DNA of 59,451 nucleotides, the filler included. It is 4 parts of 4 records of this genome, joined end to end, with 100 filler letters (N's around TTAATTAATTAA, not from the genome) between each part and the next. Parts side by side here need not be neighbours in the genome. Positions count along the whole stretch, not along the records: positions 12,316 to 21,773 come from SRR31156797_5873; positions 21,874 to 45,205 come from SRR31156797_5877; 2 more parts are not named here. One strand, 5' to 3'. Both the position numbers and the translations under genes were made by a program. How positions within the stretch are numbered: position 1 is the stretch's first letter; every line of letters starts with the position of its first letter. The notes under the pieces were generated by a model. That model was not told the origin of the DNA. It worked only from the letters and a program-made list of their open reading frames with translations, and did not search any database. Shown piece after piece: positions 18,448-28,306 of the stretch.

Positions 18448-21294
18448 ATGAAAAAACTTTTTAAAACCTTTGAAATGAAGTTAGTTTTATTTACTTTCTT
18501 CATTGGCTCTCTTTTTATATATTTATACCATATAGAAAATAGTATCAAAAACTATAGTTTATATAAAAAAGGTATAAATGACTTAAAATTTATAAATTTA
18601 TATTTAGATAATTTTTTAGAGAAACAAGATAAGTTTGTAAATTTTGATGAAATAGTTAAAAATACAAAAGAGTTTAATCGAATAATTGATGATATCTTAT
18701 CAAGTGAAATTAAAACAGAGTTTTCTCATATTGTTTATATTGAACTAGCAGAAGCCCATGGACTATTTACTGAAAAATTAGAATATATAGAAAGATATAA
18801 ATCCTTACAAGCTTCTAATTTAAGCTCAATTTATTTTATCTATGATTTAAACCACTACTTTAATAAAAGTAAACTTTCTAATGAAGATAAGGTTTTAATT
18901 AATCAGACTCTTTTTATATTAATGCAGAGTTTTATTAATATAAATGACAATAAAAAACTACTAGCTAAAAACTTAGAAGCAATTCATAAATTATCAGAAA
19001 AAAACAGAGATAAAAGATTAGAACTTTTATATATTCACACTAAAAAAACAATAGAAAAAATAGAAAAAATCAATGAAATTAATAAGAAAGTAAGTGAATT
19101 AGATTTAGCTAAAAAACTAAATAAAGTAGATATTTTCTTAATTGATAGTTATAACAAAAAAATGTTAATGCAGTTAATTATTGCATCAGTATTTTTCTTA
19201 TTTTTAATTTTTATGATTATTGTTATCTATTTTGAACATAAAAAAACTAGAAAAATAAAAAATGAGTTATTAGGCTTTAAGTACGCTGTAGAAAACTCTG
19301 ATAACTCAATAATTCTTACAGACCCAGAGCAAAATATAATATATGTAAATGAAAACTTTGAGCATAATAGTGGATATGATAAAGAAGAAGTATTAGGTCA
19401 TAATCCAAGATTCTTAAGTTCTGGTTCTACAGAGAGTAAAATCTATGAAGAGTTAAATAAGAAGCTTGAAAAAGGTGAAAAGTGGGAAGGTGAGTTTATA
19501 AATAAAAGAAAAGATGGAACAATTTTCTATGAAAAAGCTTCTATTGTGCCTATCTTACTTAACAATAAAATAGTTAATTACCTTGCTATTAAACTTGATA
19601 TTACAAAGTATGTAAAACAAAAAGAGAACTTAGAGCTTTCTTCTATTGCCTTTGATAATGTTCAAGAGGGGATTTTAATTTGTGATGGAGACAAAAAAAT
19701 CATTACTGTAAATAGTGCCTTTGAAAATATTACAGGTTATGATAAATCTGAGTTAATTGGAATGACTCCAACTATTTTACAATCTGGTCGTCATGATAAA
19801 GTATTCTATAGCAAAATGTGGAGTTCTATTATTGACAATGGCTATTGGAGAGGTAAAATCTATGATAGAAGAAGAGACGGCGAGATTATTCCTATTTGGT
19901 TAAATATTACAGCAATAAAAGATAAAAATGGTAAATTTAGTAGATTTATTGCAGTTCATACAAACCTAAAAGAGATTATAGAAACTCAAGAAAAAGCAGA
20001 TTTCTTGGCATATCATGACCCTTTAACAAAACTTCCAAATAGAGCAAAATTAGAAGAGGATTTAGCCTATTCAATTTCAGTTGCAAAAAGAAATGATTTA
20101 AATATTTTTGTACTGTTTATTGATTTAGATAGATTTAAAATTATCAACGATACTTTAGGTCATCAAACCGGAGATGAGTTATTAAAAGTATTAGCAAAAA
20201 GACTACAAAAAGTATTAAGAGGTACTGACTCTGTATCAAGAATGGGTGGTGATGAATTTATTGTTACATTAGATTCAAGTAGAACTAAAAAAGCAGCTGG
20301 ATATGTTTGTGAAAGAATTTTAGAGATAATTAAAGAACCTATAAAAGTAAAAGGTCATGTTCTAAATACAAGTGCAAGTATTGGAGTATCAATGTATCCA
20401 GATGATGGAACTGATATCTCAACTTTAATTAAAAATGCTGATACTGCTATGTATCATGCAAAAGAGAAAGGGAAAAATAATTTCCAATACTATGATAAAC
20501 AATTATCAATAGATGTACATGAACAACTATCTATTGAACAGGCATTAAAAGGAGTACTTCAAAGGGAAGAACTCTATTTATGTTATCAACCTCAATATTT
20601 ATTAGATACAAAAGAGATCGTTTCTTTTGAAGCTTTAGTTAGATGGGAACACCCAGAAATAGGATTTATTAGACCTGATAAATTTATAACTATTGCAGAA
20701 GATACGGGGATGATTATAGATATAGGAAAATATATTTTCAAAACTGCCTGTAAAGATTTTGTTGAGTTTAAGAAAATTAATCCAACTCTTAGATATATGG
20801 CTATAAATATTTCAAGTGTTCAGTTTAAAGATAAAAACTTTGTTGACGATGTTTTTAGAATTGTTAAAATGTTTAATCTAAAACCAAATGAAATAGAACT
20901 AGAAGTTACAGAACGATATATGATGGAGTTTACTCAAACTAATATGGATAGTATGAATAAGTTAAGAGAGTTAGGTTTTAGATTCTCAATTGATGACTTT
21001 GGAACAGGCTATTCATCTATGAGTTATCTTACAAAACTTCCTATTGATGTGATTAAAGTCGATAAAGCATTTATTGATGGCACGCCAAAGGATCATGGAA
21101 ATGTACAAATCTCAACAGCAATTGTTGCCCTTGCAAAAAGTTTAGGTTATAGTGTTATTGCTGAGGGAATTGAGTATGAAGAGCAAGAAGAGTATTTAAA
21201 AGGGATTGATTGTAATATGGGACAAGGTTACTTATTCTCTAAACCTTTAACATTCAATGATACTAAAACACTTCTAGAAAAGAGTAATACTTAA
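18448..21294 (+). CDS. Membrane-anchored periplasmic-sensor PAS-PAS-GGDEF-EAL protein
   Basis: Two TM segments flanking a helical periplasmic region, two PAS/PAC repeats, intact RMGGDEF, FEALVRW and DDFGTGYSS. Confidence 0.92.
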   Translation: MKKLFKTFEMKLVLFTFFIGSLFIYLYHIENSIKNYSLYKKGINDLKFINLYLDNFLEKQDKFVNFDEIVKNTKEFNRIIDDILSSEIKTEFSHIVYIELAEAHGLFTEKLEYIERYKSLQASNLSSIYFIYDLNHYFNKSKLSNEDKVLINQTLFILMQSFININDNKKLLAKNLEAIHKLSEKNRDKRLELLYIHTKKTIEKIEKINEINKKVSELDLAKKLNKVDIFLIDSYNKKMLMQLIIASVFFLFLIFMIIVIYFEHKKTRKIKNELLGFKYAVENSDNSIILTDPEQNIIYVNENFEHNSGYDKEEVLGHNPRFLSSGSTESKIYEELNKKLEKGEKWEGEFINKRKDGTIFYEKASIVPILLNNKIVNYLAIKLDITKYVKQKENLELSSIAFDNVQEGILICDGDKKIITVNSAFENITGYDKSELIGMTPTILQSGRHDKVFYSKMWSSIIDNGYWRGKIYDRRRDGEIIPIWLNITAIKDKNGKFSRFIAVHTNLKEIIETQEKADFLAYHDPLTKLPNRAKLEEDLAYSISVAKRNDLNIFVLFIDLDRFKIINDTLGHQTGDELLKVLAKRLQKVLRGTDSVSRMGGDEFIVTLDSSRTKKAAGYVCERILEIIKEPIKVKGHVLNTSASIGVSMYPDDGTDISTLIKNADTAMYHAKEKGKNNFQYYDKQLSIDVHEQLSIEQALKGVLQREELYLCYQPQYLLDTKEIVSFEALVRWEHPEIGFIRPDKFITIAEDTGMIIDIGKYIFKTACKDFVEFKKINPTLRYMAINISSVQFKDKNFVDDVFRIVKMFNLKPNEIELEVTERYMMEFTQTNMDSMNKLRELGFRFSIDDFGTGYSSMSYLTKLPIDVIKVDKAFIDGTPKDHGNVQISTAIVALAKSLGYSVIAEGIEYEEQEEYLKGIDCNMGQGYLFSKPLTFNDTKTLLEKSNT

Positions 21295-21773
21295 AAGGTA
21301 GAGACTTTATCTCTTCCTGACTCTTTGGCTTTATATAAAGCCTTATCTGCACATATATAAAACTCTTTACTTTTCATATCTTCTTCTAAAAAAGCAACTC
21401 CACAAGATACTGTTATAAATGAAGAGATTTTACTGCTATCATGTCTAATATGAAGGTTTTTAACTCTCTCTTTAAACTCTGTAGCTAGTGTTATTGCCTC
21501 TTCTTTACTCTTAGGGTATAGTAAAACAGCAAACTCTTCCCCACCAAGTCTAAAGCTATAAGAATCAAAACCTTTAAAGAACTCTTTTAACGTGTTTGCT
21601 ACTTTATATAGTGCTTCATCACCTTGCTGATGTCCATATGTATCATTATAGTCTTTGAAGTAATCTATATCAATCATAAATAAAGAAAATAAACTATTTT
21701 TCTCTTTTGCTATTTTTATACCATCTTCTATTTTACTATTAAAATATCTTCTATTATAAAGTTTTGTTAATTC
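21291..21773 (-). CDS. Diguanylate cyclase (GGDEF) C-terminal part, 5'-truncated by the contig edge
   Basis: Frame is open from the contig end: ELTKLYNRRYF...MIDIDYFKDYNDTYGH...RLGGEEF...ADKALYKAKESGRD. Confidence 0.9.
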   Translation of the reverse strand, partial: ELTKLYNRRYFNSKIEDGIKIAKEKNSLFSLFMIDIDYFKDYNDTYGHQQGDEALYKVANTLKEFFKGFDSYSFRLGGEEFAVLLYPKSKEEAITLATEFKERVKNLHIRHDSSKISSFITVSCGVAFLEEDMKSKEFYICADKALYKAKESGRDKVSTF

Positions 21774-21873
21774 NNNNNNNNNNNNNNNNNNNNNNNNNNN
21801 NNNNNNNNNNNNNNNNNTTAATTAATTAANNNNNNNNNNNNNNNNNNNNNNNNNNNNNNNNNNNNNNNNNNNN
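21774..21873. other. Artificial contig linker
   Basis: 44 N + TTAATTAATTAA + 44 N. Confidence 0.98.
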
Positions 21874-22012
21874 TGCGAGGAGGAACGACGAAGCAATCTG
21901 TTACAATTAAATGGAACCAGATTGGCTTCGCCGAGCTTGAGCTTCGCTCTGCGGTTGCTTTGTCGCGCTTTGCCTTCGCTATGCTACGGCGAAAGTCGCT
22001 CCTCGCAATGAC
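21874..22012. repeat. Palindromic REP/MITE-like element cut by the contig start
   Basis: TGCGAGGAG...GAAGCAATCTG...CAGATTGGCTTC...CTCCTCGCAATGAC nested inverted repeats. Confidence 0.7.
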
Positions 22013-22142
22013 GTCTTTGAATTTTCTTGATTTTTCTATCATCTTGCTACAATTAATTTGTTTTCAGATTGTAGCAGACGATACTGAGGATAGCTTTTAC
22101 AGTATTCTCGACTTCCTGTTCACCGCAGGCTACGAATCTGTT

Positions 22143-22318
22143 ATCAGTGGCAGGTCTTCTGACTCTCCTCCGGTTTTCGACGCCTTCCCATTCTCCTGTA
22201 AAGAAAAGTGGCTTGTGGTCGATCCGTTAATGAGGATCACAGCAGCGGGAACTGTTGCCGAGTTTCACGGCATTCCCTTTTAATTCCCAGTGGAAATTCC
22301 ACGATGGAAACCAATGAT
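22143..22318 (-). ncRNA. Cobalamin (B12) riboswitch
   Basis: Minus strand reads ATCATTGGT...TAAAAGGGAATGCCGTGAAACTCGGCAACAGTTCCCGCTGCTGT...GCCAC...TGGGAAGG...GAGTCAGAAGACCTGCCACTGAT; B12 box and P1 pairing present. Confidence 0.92.
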
Positions 22319-22322
22319 GAAG

Positions 22323-22330
22323 CAAAGGTA
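22323..22330 (-). promoter_or_regulatory. Bacteroidota -7 promoter element (TAnnTTTG) for the riboswitch transcript
   Basis: TACCTTTG on the minus strand, directly 5' of the riboswitch. Confidence 0.7.
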
Positions 22331-22466
22331 AATTATTTTTGGAAATAAAAATATGAGAAATGATTTTTTAAAACATATTGAATCATGTAGATTTTAGAAT
22401 GTGTATAAATTAGGGTTTTCTGTTGTAATGCATCCTCAATTATGCTGTAAACATTGTAAAACTGAT

Positions 22467-22474
22467 TAAATTTG
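22467..22474 (+). promoter_or_regulatory. Bacteroidota -7 promoter element for sdhCAB
   Basis: TAAATTTG, 38 nt upstream of the sdhC ATG. Confidence 0.55.
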
Positions 22475-22512
22475 TTAGCAATGAATGAAAATAATCACAA
22501 AAAGTTATACAT

Positions 22513-23196
22513 ATGAGTAGCTTTCTTAACTCTTCGATAGGCCGCAAAGTACTGGTGAGCTTATCGGGTCTATTCTTAATGATCTTTTTATTGGTTCACC
22601 TTACAGTGAATCTTATGTTAATTTTCGATGATACAGGTGTGCTTTTTAACAAAGCAGCCCATTTCATGGCCACCAACCCAGCCATTAAAGTAATGGAACC
22701 TGTTTTAGCACTGGGTTTTATCATACATATTTTGTATGCATCCATTGTAACGTTGAAGAACTACTTGGCAAGACCTGCCAGGTATAATAAACGTAATTCG
22801 CAGGAGACAGGTGGTTGGGCATCAAGAAACATGTTCTTCTTGGGCTCTACTGTTTTTATTTTCCTAGTGATTCACGTTTGGAACTTCTTTTGGAAAATGC
22901 GTTTTACGGGTGATCCGTTACTAGACCATATCACAATTGATGGTGAGCAAATGGAGAATGCATATAATCTTGTTGCAACACTATTTAAAACAAGCTATGT
23001 GTATGGTGGAATTTACATTTTAGGTGCAATAGCACTTGGATTACACCTTTCACACGGTTTTTGGTCGTCATTCCACACTATAGGATGGAACAATGATATT
23101 TGGATGAAAAGACTAAGAAATGTGGCTATTGTTTATGCAGTAATTATTGCCGGTGGATTTATCTCAATTCCGGTTTACTATATGATATTCTTCTAA
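22513..23196 (+). CDS. sdhC: Succinate dehydrogenase/fumarate reductase cytochrome b subunit
   Basis: SSIGRK...GLFL...HL..NL, about five TM helices with conserved His, HLSHGFWS; first gene of the operon. Confidence 0.92.
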   Translation: MSSFLNSSIGRKVLVSLSGLFLMIFLLVHLTVNLMLIFDDTGVLFNKAAHFMATNPAIKVMEPVLALGFIIHILYASIVTLKNYLARPARYNKRNSQETGGWASRNMFFLGSTVFIFLVIHVWNFFWKMRFTGDPLLDHITIDGEQMENAYNLVATLFKTSYVYGGIYILGAIALGLHLSHGFWSSFHTIGWNNDIWMKRLRNVAIVYAVIIAGGFISIPVYYMIFF

Positions 23197-23208
23197 AATC
23201 TATTGGAT

Positions 23209-25149
23209 ATGAGTATAATAAAAACAGATATACCCGAAGGGCCTTTGGCTCAGAAGTGGTCAAAACATAAAGCCGACTTAAAAGTAGTAAGTCCGGCAAA
23301 CAAGCGTAAATTAGATATTATTGTAGTGGGAACAGGTTTGGCAGGAGCATCAGCAGCAGCCAGCTTCGCAGAGTTAGGATATAATGTGCTGAATTTCTGT
23401 TACCAGGATAGTCCTCGTCGTGCACACTCTATTGCTGCACAGGGAGGAATCAATGCTTCTAAAAACTATCAGAACGATAATGATAGCGATTATCGTCTAT
23501 TTTATGATACTATTAAGGGTGGTGACTATCGTGCCCGTGAAGCAAACGTGTATCGCCTGGCAGAAGTAAGTGGAGATATTATCGATCAGTGTGTGGCGCA
23601 AGGTGTTCCTTTTGCCCGTGAATATGGCGGAACGCTTGCTAACCGTTCATTTGGCGGCGTGTTGGTTTCACGTACATTTTATGCACGTGGTCAAACTGGT
23701 CAGCAATTACTTTTAGGTGCTTATGGAGCATTAAATCGTCAGATTGCAAAAGGAAATGTTGAGATGTATTACCGTCACGACATGCTGGATGTAGTAATGA
23801 TTGATGGTAAAGCTCGTGGGATTATTGCCCGTGATTTAAAAACAGGTGAAGTTAAACGTTTTGGAGCACATGCTGTTGTTGTTGCTACAGGTGGTTATGG
23901 AAATGTATTTTTCCTCTCTACAAATGCAATGGGTAGCAATGGTAGTGTAGCGTGGCAGTGTTATAAGAGAGGCGCATATATGTCGAATCCAGCCTTTGTG
24001 CAAATTCACCCAACATGTATTCCGGTACATGGTGATCAGCAAAGTAAACTGACGTTAATGTCAGAATCATTGCGTAATGATGGTCGTGTGTGGGTACCAA
24101 AAGACAAAGAAACAGTTGAAAAATTAAGGAAAGGTGAAATAAAAGCATCACAAGTACCTGAAGATGCTCGCGATTATTATTTGGAACGTCGTTATCCTTC
24201 ATATGGAAACCTTGTTCCACGCGATGTGGCTTCTCGTGCAGCTAAAGAACGTTGCGATGCCGGTTTTGGTGTAAATGAAACAGGAAAAGCAGTATACCTT
24301 GATTTTAAAGATTCAATCAATCGTCTGGGCAAGGATGTGGTTGAAGCGCGTTATGGTAACCTTTTCCAGATGTATGAAAAGATTACCGACGTGAATCCAT
24401 ACGAAGAGCCTATGATGATTTATCCGGCTATTCACTATACTATGGGCGGACTTTGGGTTGATTATAACTTGATGACTAATATTCCAGGATTATATGCTAT
24501 TGGTGAAGCTAATTTTAGTGATCACGGTGCAAACCGTTTGGGTGCTTCTGCCTTAATGCAAGGATTAGCTGACGGATATTTCGTTATTCCTTACACAATT
24601 GGTAATTATTTGGCAGATGAAATTCAAACGCCAAAAATCGATATTAATCATGAGGCATTTGCTAAAACGGAAAAAGAGATAACGGACAAGCTTGAAAAGC
24701 TGAAAAACATCAATGGTAAAACACCGGTTGATCATTTCCATAAAGAGTTGGGAAAAATTATGTGGGATAAAGTTGGAATGAGCCGGAATGAGAAAGAGTT
24801 GAAAGAAGCTATTGAAGAGATTAAAGCAATACGCAAAAAATTCTGGGAAGATGTACGCATTCCGGGAGAGCTGAATGAATTCAACCAGGAAATTGAAAAA
24901 GCCATGCGTGTAGCTGATTTCATTGAGATGGGCGAGTTGATGGCTCGAGATGCATTGGAGCGTAACGAATCATGCGGTGGACACTTCCGTGAAGAGTCGA
25001 AAACCGAAGAAGGCGAAGCTTTGCGTGACGATGAAAATGGAAATTATGTAAGTGCCTGGGAATTTAAAGGAGACGATAAAGATCCTGAGATGCACAAGGA
25101 GATGCTTAATTTTGAATTTGTAACTCCAACTCAACGTAGTTACAAGTAA
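23209..25149 (+). CDS. sdhA: Succinate dehydrogenase/fumarate reductase flavoprotein
   Basis: [32 protein letters not shown] and [11 protein letters not shown]. Confidence 0.96.
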   Translation: MSIIKTDIPEGPLAQKWSKHKADLKVVSPANKRKLDIIVVGTGLAGASAAASFAELGYNVLNFCYQDSPRRAHSIAAQGGINASKNYQNDNDSDYRLFYDTIKGGDYRAREANVYRLAEVSGDIIDQCVAQGVPFAREYGGTLANRSFGGVLVSRTFYARGQTGQQLLLGAYGALNRQIAKGNVEMYYRHDMLDVVMIDGKARGIIARDLKTGEVKRFGAHAVVVATGGYGNVFFLSTNAMGSNGSVAWQCYKRGAYMSNPAFVQIHPTCIPVHGDQQSKLTLMSESLRNDGRVWVPKDKETVEKLRKGEIKASQVPEDARDYYLERRYPSYGNLVPRDVASRAAKERCDAGFGVNETGKAVYLDFKDSINRLGKDVVEARYGNLFQMYEKITDVNPYEEPMMIYPAIHYTMGGLWVDYNLMTNIPGLYAIGEANFSDHGANRLGASALMQGLADGYFVIPYTIGNYLADEIQTPKIDINHEAFAKTEKEITDKLEKLKNINGKTPVDHFHKELGKIMWDKVGMSRNEKELKEAIEEIKAIRKKFWEDVRIPGELNEFNQEIEKAMRVADFIEMGELMARDALERNESCGGHFREESKTEEGEALRDDENGNYVSAWEFKGDDKDPEMHKEMLNFEFVTPTQRSYK

Positions 25150-25172
25150 TTTAATCTTAAAATCAGTGCTTT

Positions 25173-25934
25173 ATGGCAGACAAGATATTAAAAGAGATAA
25201 AAATTAAGGTTTGGCGTCAGAAAAACGCTAAAGCCAAAGGTAAATTTGAAACTTATACAGTTAGGGATATATCTACCGGTTCATCATTTCTTGAAATGTT
25301 GGACATTCTAAACGACCAATTGATTTTAGAAGGTAAAGACCCAATTGCATTTGACCACGATTGTCGTGAAGGTATTTGCGGTATTTGCAGCTTATATGTA
25401 AATGGCCGTCCACATGGTCCGGATGATGATGTTACGACTTGTCAGTTGCACATGCGTAAATTCAAAGATGGAGAGACTATCGTCATTGAGCCTTACCGAT
25501 CAAAAGCATTCCCTGTAATTAAAGATTTGGTTGTTGAGCGTAATGCATTTGATAAAATATTACAGGCTGGAGGTTATGTATCGGTAAATACTGGTGGAAT
25601 ACCAGATGGTAATGCTATTCCAATTAGTTCTGTTGATGCAGAAGCTGCAATGGATGCAGCTGCATGTATTGGTTGTGGTGCTTGTGTAGCTGCATGTAAA
25701 AATGCCTCGGCCATGTTATTTGTTTCAGCTAAAGTATCGCATTTAGCTCGCTTACCACAAGGTAAAGTTGAAGCTAAAGAGCGTGTAAAAGCTATGGTAG
25801 CTAAAATGGATGAGCTTGGATTTGGTAATTGTACCAACACAGGAGCTTGCGAAGCTGAATGTCCTAAAAGTATAAGCATTAGCAATATTGCTAAAATGAA
25901 CCGCGAGTATCTGGCGGCAAAGATTAGAGACTAA
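25173..25934 (+). CDS. sdhB: Succinate dehydrogenase/fumarate reductase Fe-S subunit
   Basis: [21 protein letters not shown] and [12 protein letters not shown]. Confidence 0.96.
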   Translation: MADKILKEIKIKVWRQKNAKAKGKFETYTVRDISTGSSFLEMLDILNDQLILEGKDPIAFDHDCREGICGICSLYVNGRPHGPDDDVTTCQLHMRKFKDGETIVIEPYRSKAFPVIKDLVVERNAFDKILQAGGYVSVNTGGIPDGNAIPISSVDAEAAMDAAACIGCGACVAACKNASAMLFVSAKVSHLARLPQGKVEAKERVKAMVAKMDELGFGNCTNTGACEAECPKSISISNIAKMNREYLAAKIRD

Positions 25935-25954
25935 CTCTTTTATTTTAGATATAG

Positions 25955-25984
25955 AAAACCGAGGCTGAGGTCTCGGTTTTTTTT
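25955..25984 (+). terminator. Rho-independent terminator of sdhCAB
   Basis: AAAACCGAGGC-tgag-GTCTCGGTTTT followed by further Ts. Confidence 0.85.
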
Positions 25985-25988
25985 GTTT

Positions 25989-26073
25989 AACTCCGCTGGA
26001 GTTTGCAATTCATTTCGCTGCGCTCAGATGAATTTTCATACGGAGTTAGTCAAGTTCAACTCCTTCGGAGTTG
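25989..26073. repeat. REP-like cluster of short palindromes
   Basis: AACTCCGCTGGAGTT, AATTCAT...ATGAATT and CAACTCCTTCGGAGTTG. Confidence 0.55.
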
Positions 26074-26074
26074 T

Positions 26075-26108
26075 AAAAAAACACCGTCTCAATAAATTGA
26101 AACGGTGT
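26075..26108 (-). terminator. Terminator of the rubrerythrin gene
   Basis: ACACCGTCTCAAT-aa-ATTGAAACGGTGT preceded by an A-run, which is a U-tract on the minus strand. Confidence 0.7.
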
Positions 26109-26130
26109 AATTATAAAGGTATACTTAATT

Positions 26131-26706
26131 CTAATAATTCGTTTTTTCTAACTCGAAATAGGCTTGTGGATGTTCACAAATTGGACAGTTTCTAAGGGCT
26201 TTTTTACTTTCATGCACATGACCACATTTGCGACATACCCATTTTACTTTCTCTTCGCGTTCAAATACTTTTTCATTCTTTAAATTCTCAAGTAATTTGC
26301 GATAGCGTGCTTCGTGTTCTGCTTCTACTTTTGCAATTAATTTAAAAGCAGTAGCAACTTTTTTAAATCCTTCTTCTTCAGCTATTTTGGCAAATTCAGG
26401 GTAAAGTTCTTCCCATTCTTCATTTTCACCATCGGCTGCAGCTTTAAGGTTTTCGGCTGTTGTTTCAATAACTCCTGCAGGATAAGCAGCAGTAATTTCT
26501 ACCATACCACCTTCTAAAAACTTAAAGAAAGTTTTGGCGTGTTGTTGCTCTTGCATAGCTGTTTCTTGAAAGAATTCAGCTATTTGCTCATAACCTTCTT
26601 TTTTAGCTACTTTGGCCGCGAATTCATATCTGTTTTTTGCTTGTGATTCACCAGCAAAAGCTTTCAATAAGTTCTGCTCAGTACGTGTTCCTTTGATTGA
26701 CTCCAT
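26131..26706 (-). CDS. rbr: Rubrerythrin
   Basis: AFAGESQA, EQQHA, GENEEW and EAEHE diiron ligands; C-terminal CRKCG...CPIC. Confidence 0.95.
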   Translation of the reverse strand: MESIKGTRTEQNLLKAFAGESQAKNRYEFAAKVAKKEGYEQIAEFFQETAMQEQQHAKTFFKFLEGGMVEITAAYPAGVIETTAENLKAAADGENEEWEELYPEFAKIAEEEGFKKVATAFKLIAKVEAEHEARYRKLLENLKNEKVFEREEKVKWVCRKCGHVHESKKALRNCPICEHPQAYFELEKTNY

Positions 26707-26862
26707 GATGTGTAATTAATATTGTTTTCGTATTAGATATTGGAGCTCGAAGATAGATATAATAACCATTTCCAAAAAGGAGGTTTGTCAGTTTTTGCGG
26801 AAATAGGAAATGGAGCACAGTGCTTGTGTGAAAGTAACGTTTTGTTATGCTTTCGGTATAAT

Positions 26863-28044
26863 TTACTGATACATTAACCGCCGCCAAACCCATTCAAGTG
26901 GGCCATATTGGTATTGTTTCAGATAGATTTTGCAATATATGACTTGTATGGCGAAAAATAGAACAGCTGAAATGACTAACTCAACTGGAGTAAAACTTCC
27001 AAATAGTCCAAAACCGTAACTATACATTATAGTGGTAAAAATCACGGAATAGGTGAGGTAGTTGGTTAGCGACATGCGACCAACAAATCGCAATGGAGAA
27101 AGTATTTTTTGAAAGAAAGTGCTTTTTGATCCAACAAGAATTATAAGTAAGTAACTCGAAATAAGAAAAATATTGGTGATTTCGAACACTCCCATGAAAA
27201 GTGCTGTAAAATAGGGGTTTGTTTTTGCGTCGGTTACGTAATTTAGCATTTCTATTGCATAGGTATTCAGTAGAATTCCTACTAACAAAAATGATAGGCC
27301 AATGATGAGAAACTTACGTCTGGATTGGTTGATTTTCTCTAAAAAATTTTGTTTTTGAAATACATATCCGGCAAGAAACAACCCCAAAATTTTAGGGAAA
27401 TAATATATCAGGTTGATGTTTCGAAAGGCATAATATTCTGCTAATCGTAGTTTGAAAATTTCTACAATAGATCCATGAGCATAGGTTTCTTTAATAGCAT
27501 CCATACTAATGTTGCTTGTAGAACTTAGCGCATCGGGCAATGATGGGATGATTACATTGAGGGCGATATAAAACACAGACGAGAAGTAAATGAGCATACT
27601 TAAAATAAGTAAAAGTCGGGGCTTTAAGTTTCTTGCGGAAAGCAATATCATCCCTAATAATGCATAGGGTAACAAGATATCGCCTGCCCAAAAGAACATT
27701 ATATGTAAAATACCAAACCCTAAAAGAATGATTAAACGGCGGAGATATAATCTTGTGAACTCAGACTCTTGTGCTTTATATTTGGCAAACATTATTGCAA
27801 ATCCAACTCCGAAGAGGAATGAGAACAGACCTATAAACTTATCAGACCCATAATTAATCATTAGGTTAAAAATGGTGCTATTCAATGGATCTTCGAACTG
27901 ACTGTAGAATCCACTAAAATCAAAAAACGATGCATTGTATCCAAATAAATTGACCAATAGTACACCAAAAAGTGCAAATCCTCGTAGGATATCAATTTGC
28001 ACAATTCTGTTTTGTGGTTTAACCGGAGCGAATTCACTATTCAT
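26863..28044 (-). CDS. DUF418 (YeiB-like) membrane protein
   Basis: RIVQIDILRGFALFGVLLVN, FSFLFGVG, GDIL, GRMSLTNY and GPLEWVWR. ATG at 28044 preferred. Confidence 0.9.
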   Translation of the reverse strand: MNSEFAPVKPQNRIVQIDILRGFALFGVLLVNLFGYNASFFDFSGFYSQFEDPLNSTIFNLMINYGSDKFIGLFSFLFGVGFAIMFAKYKAQESEFTRLYLRRLIILLGFGILHIMFFWAGDILLPYALLGMILLSARNLKPRLLLILSMLIYFSSVFYIALNVIIPSLPDALSSTSNISMDAIKETYAHGSIVEIFKLRLAEYYAFRNINLIYYFPKILGLFLAGYVFQKQNFLEKINQSRRKFLIIGLSFLLVGILLNTYAIEMLNYVTDAKTNPYFTALFMGVFEITNIFLISSYLLIILVGSKSTFFQKILSPLRFVGRMSLTNYLTYSVIFTTIMYSYGFGLFGSFTPVELVISAVLFFAIQVIYCKIYLKQYQYGPLEWVWRRLMYQ

Positions 28045-28093
28045 GGTAGGTGTTTTTATCAAAGGTAGGCTAAAAATATAATAAAATGGATAG

Positions 28094-28214
28094 TAGTCTC
28101 GGCGTGAATGCTTTATTTATGGTTTTATATGCTCCAACCTTTTCGATTTTTCATAAATAATTCACACCGAGACTAGTGAAAATGGAAAGGCACGAGCAAA
28201 ATGCTCGCGCCAGC
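28094..28214. repeat. Intergenic inverted repeats (REP-like) downstream of gatD
   Basis: TAGTCTCGGCGTGAAT...ATTCACACCGAGACTA (28094-28175) and GCACGAGC-aaaat-GCTCGCGC (28190-28210). Confidence 0.55.
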
Positions 28215-28306
28215 CTATCTAATATCTTAGATCCAAGATCTGTTTCTTTATCTATCCCGCTTAAAATCAAGAGAATAACTTGAAACATGGGACTTGAAAC
28301 CTGAAA

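Noticed and set aside
21818-22283. ORFs 21818-22042 (-) and 21960-22283 (+)
   Set aside because: They translate the repeat, the riboswitch and linker Ns, and show no protein-like features.
22392-22410. TTTTAGAATGTGTATAAAT as a Fur/PerR-like box upstream of sdhC
   Set aside because: Only a degenerate palindrome in AT-rich DNA; insufficient support.
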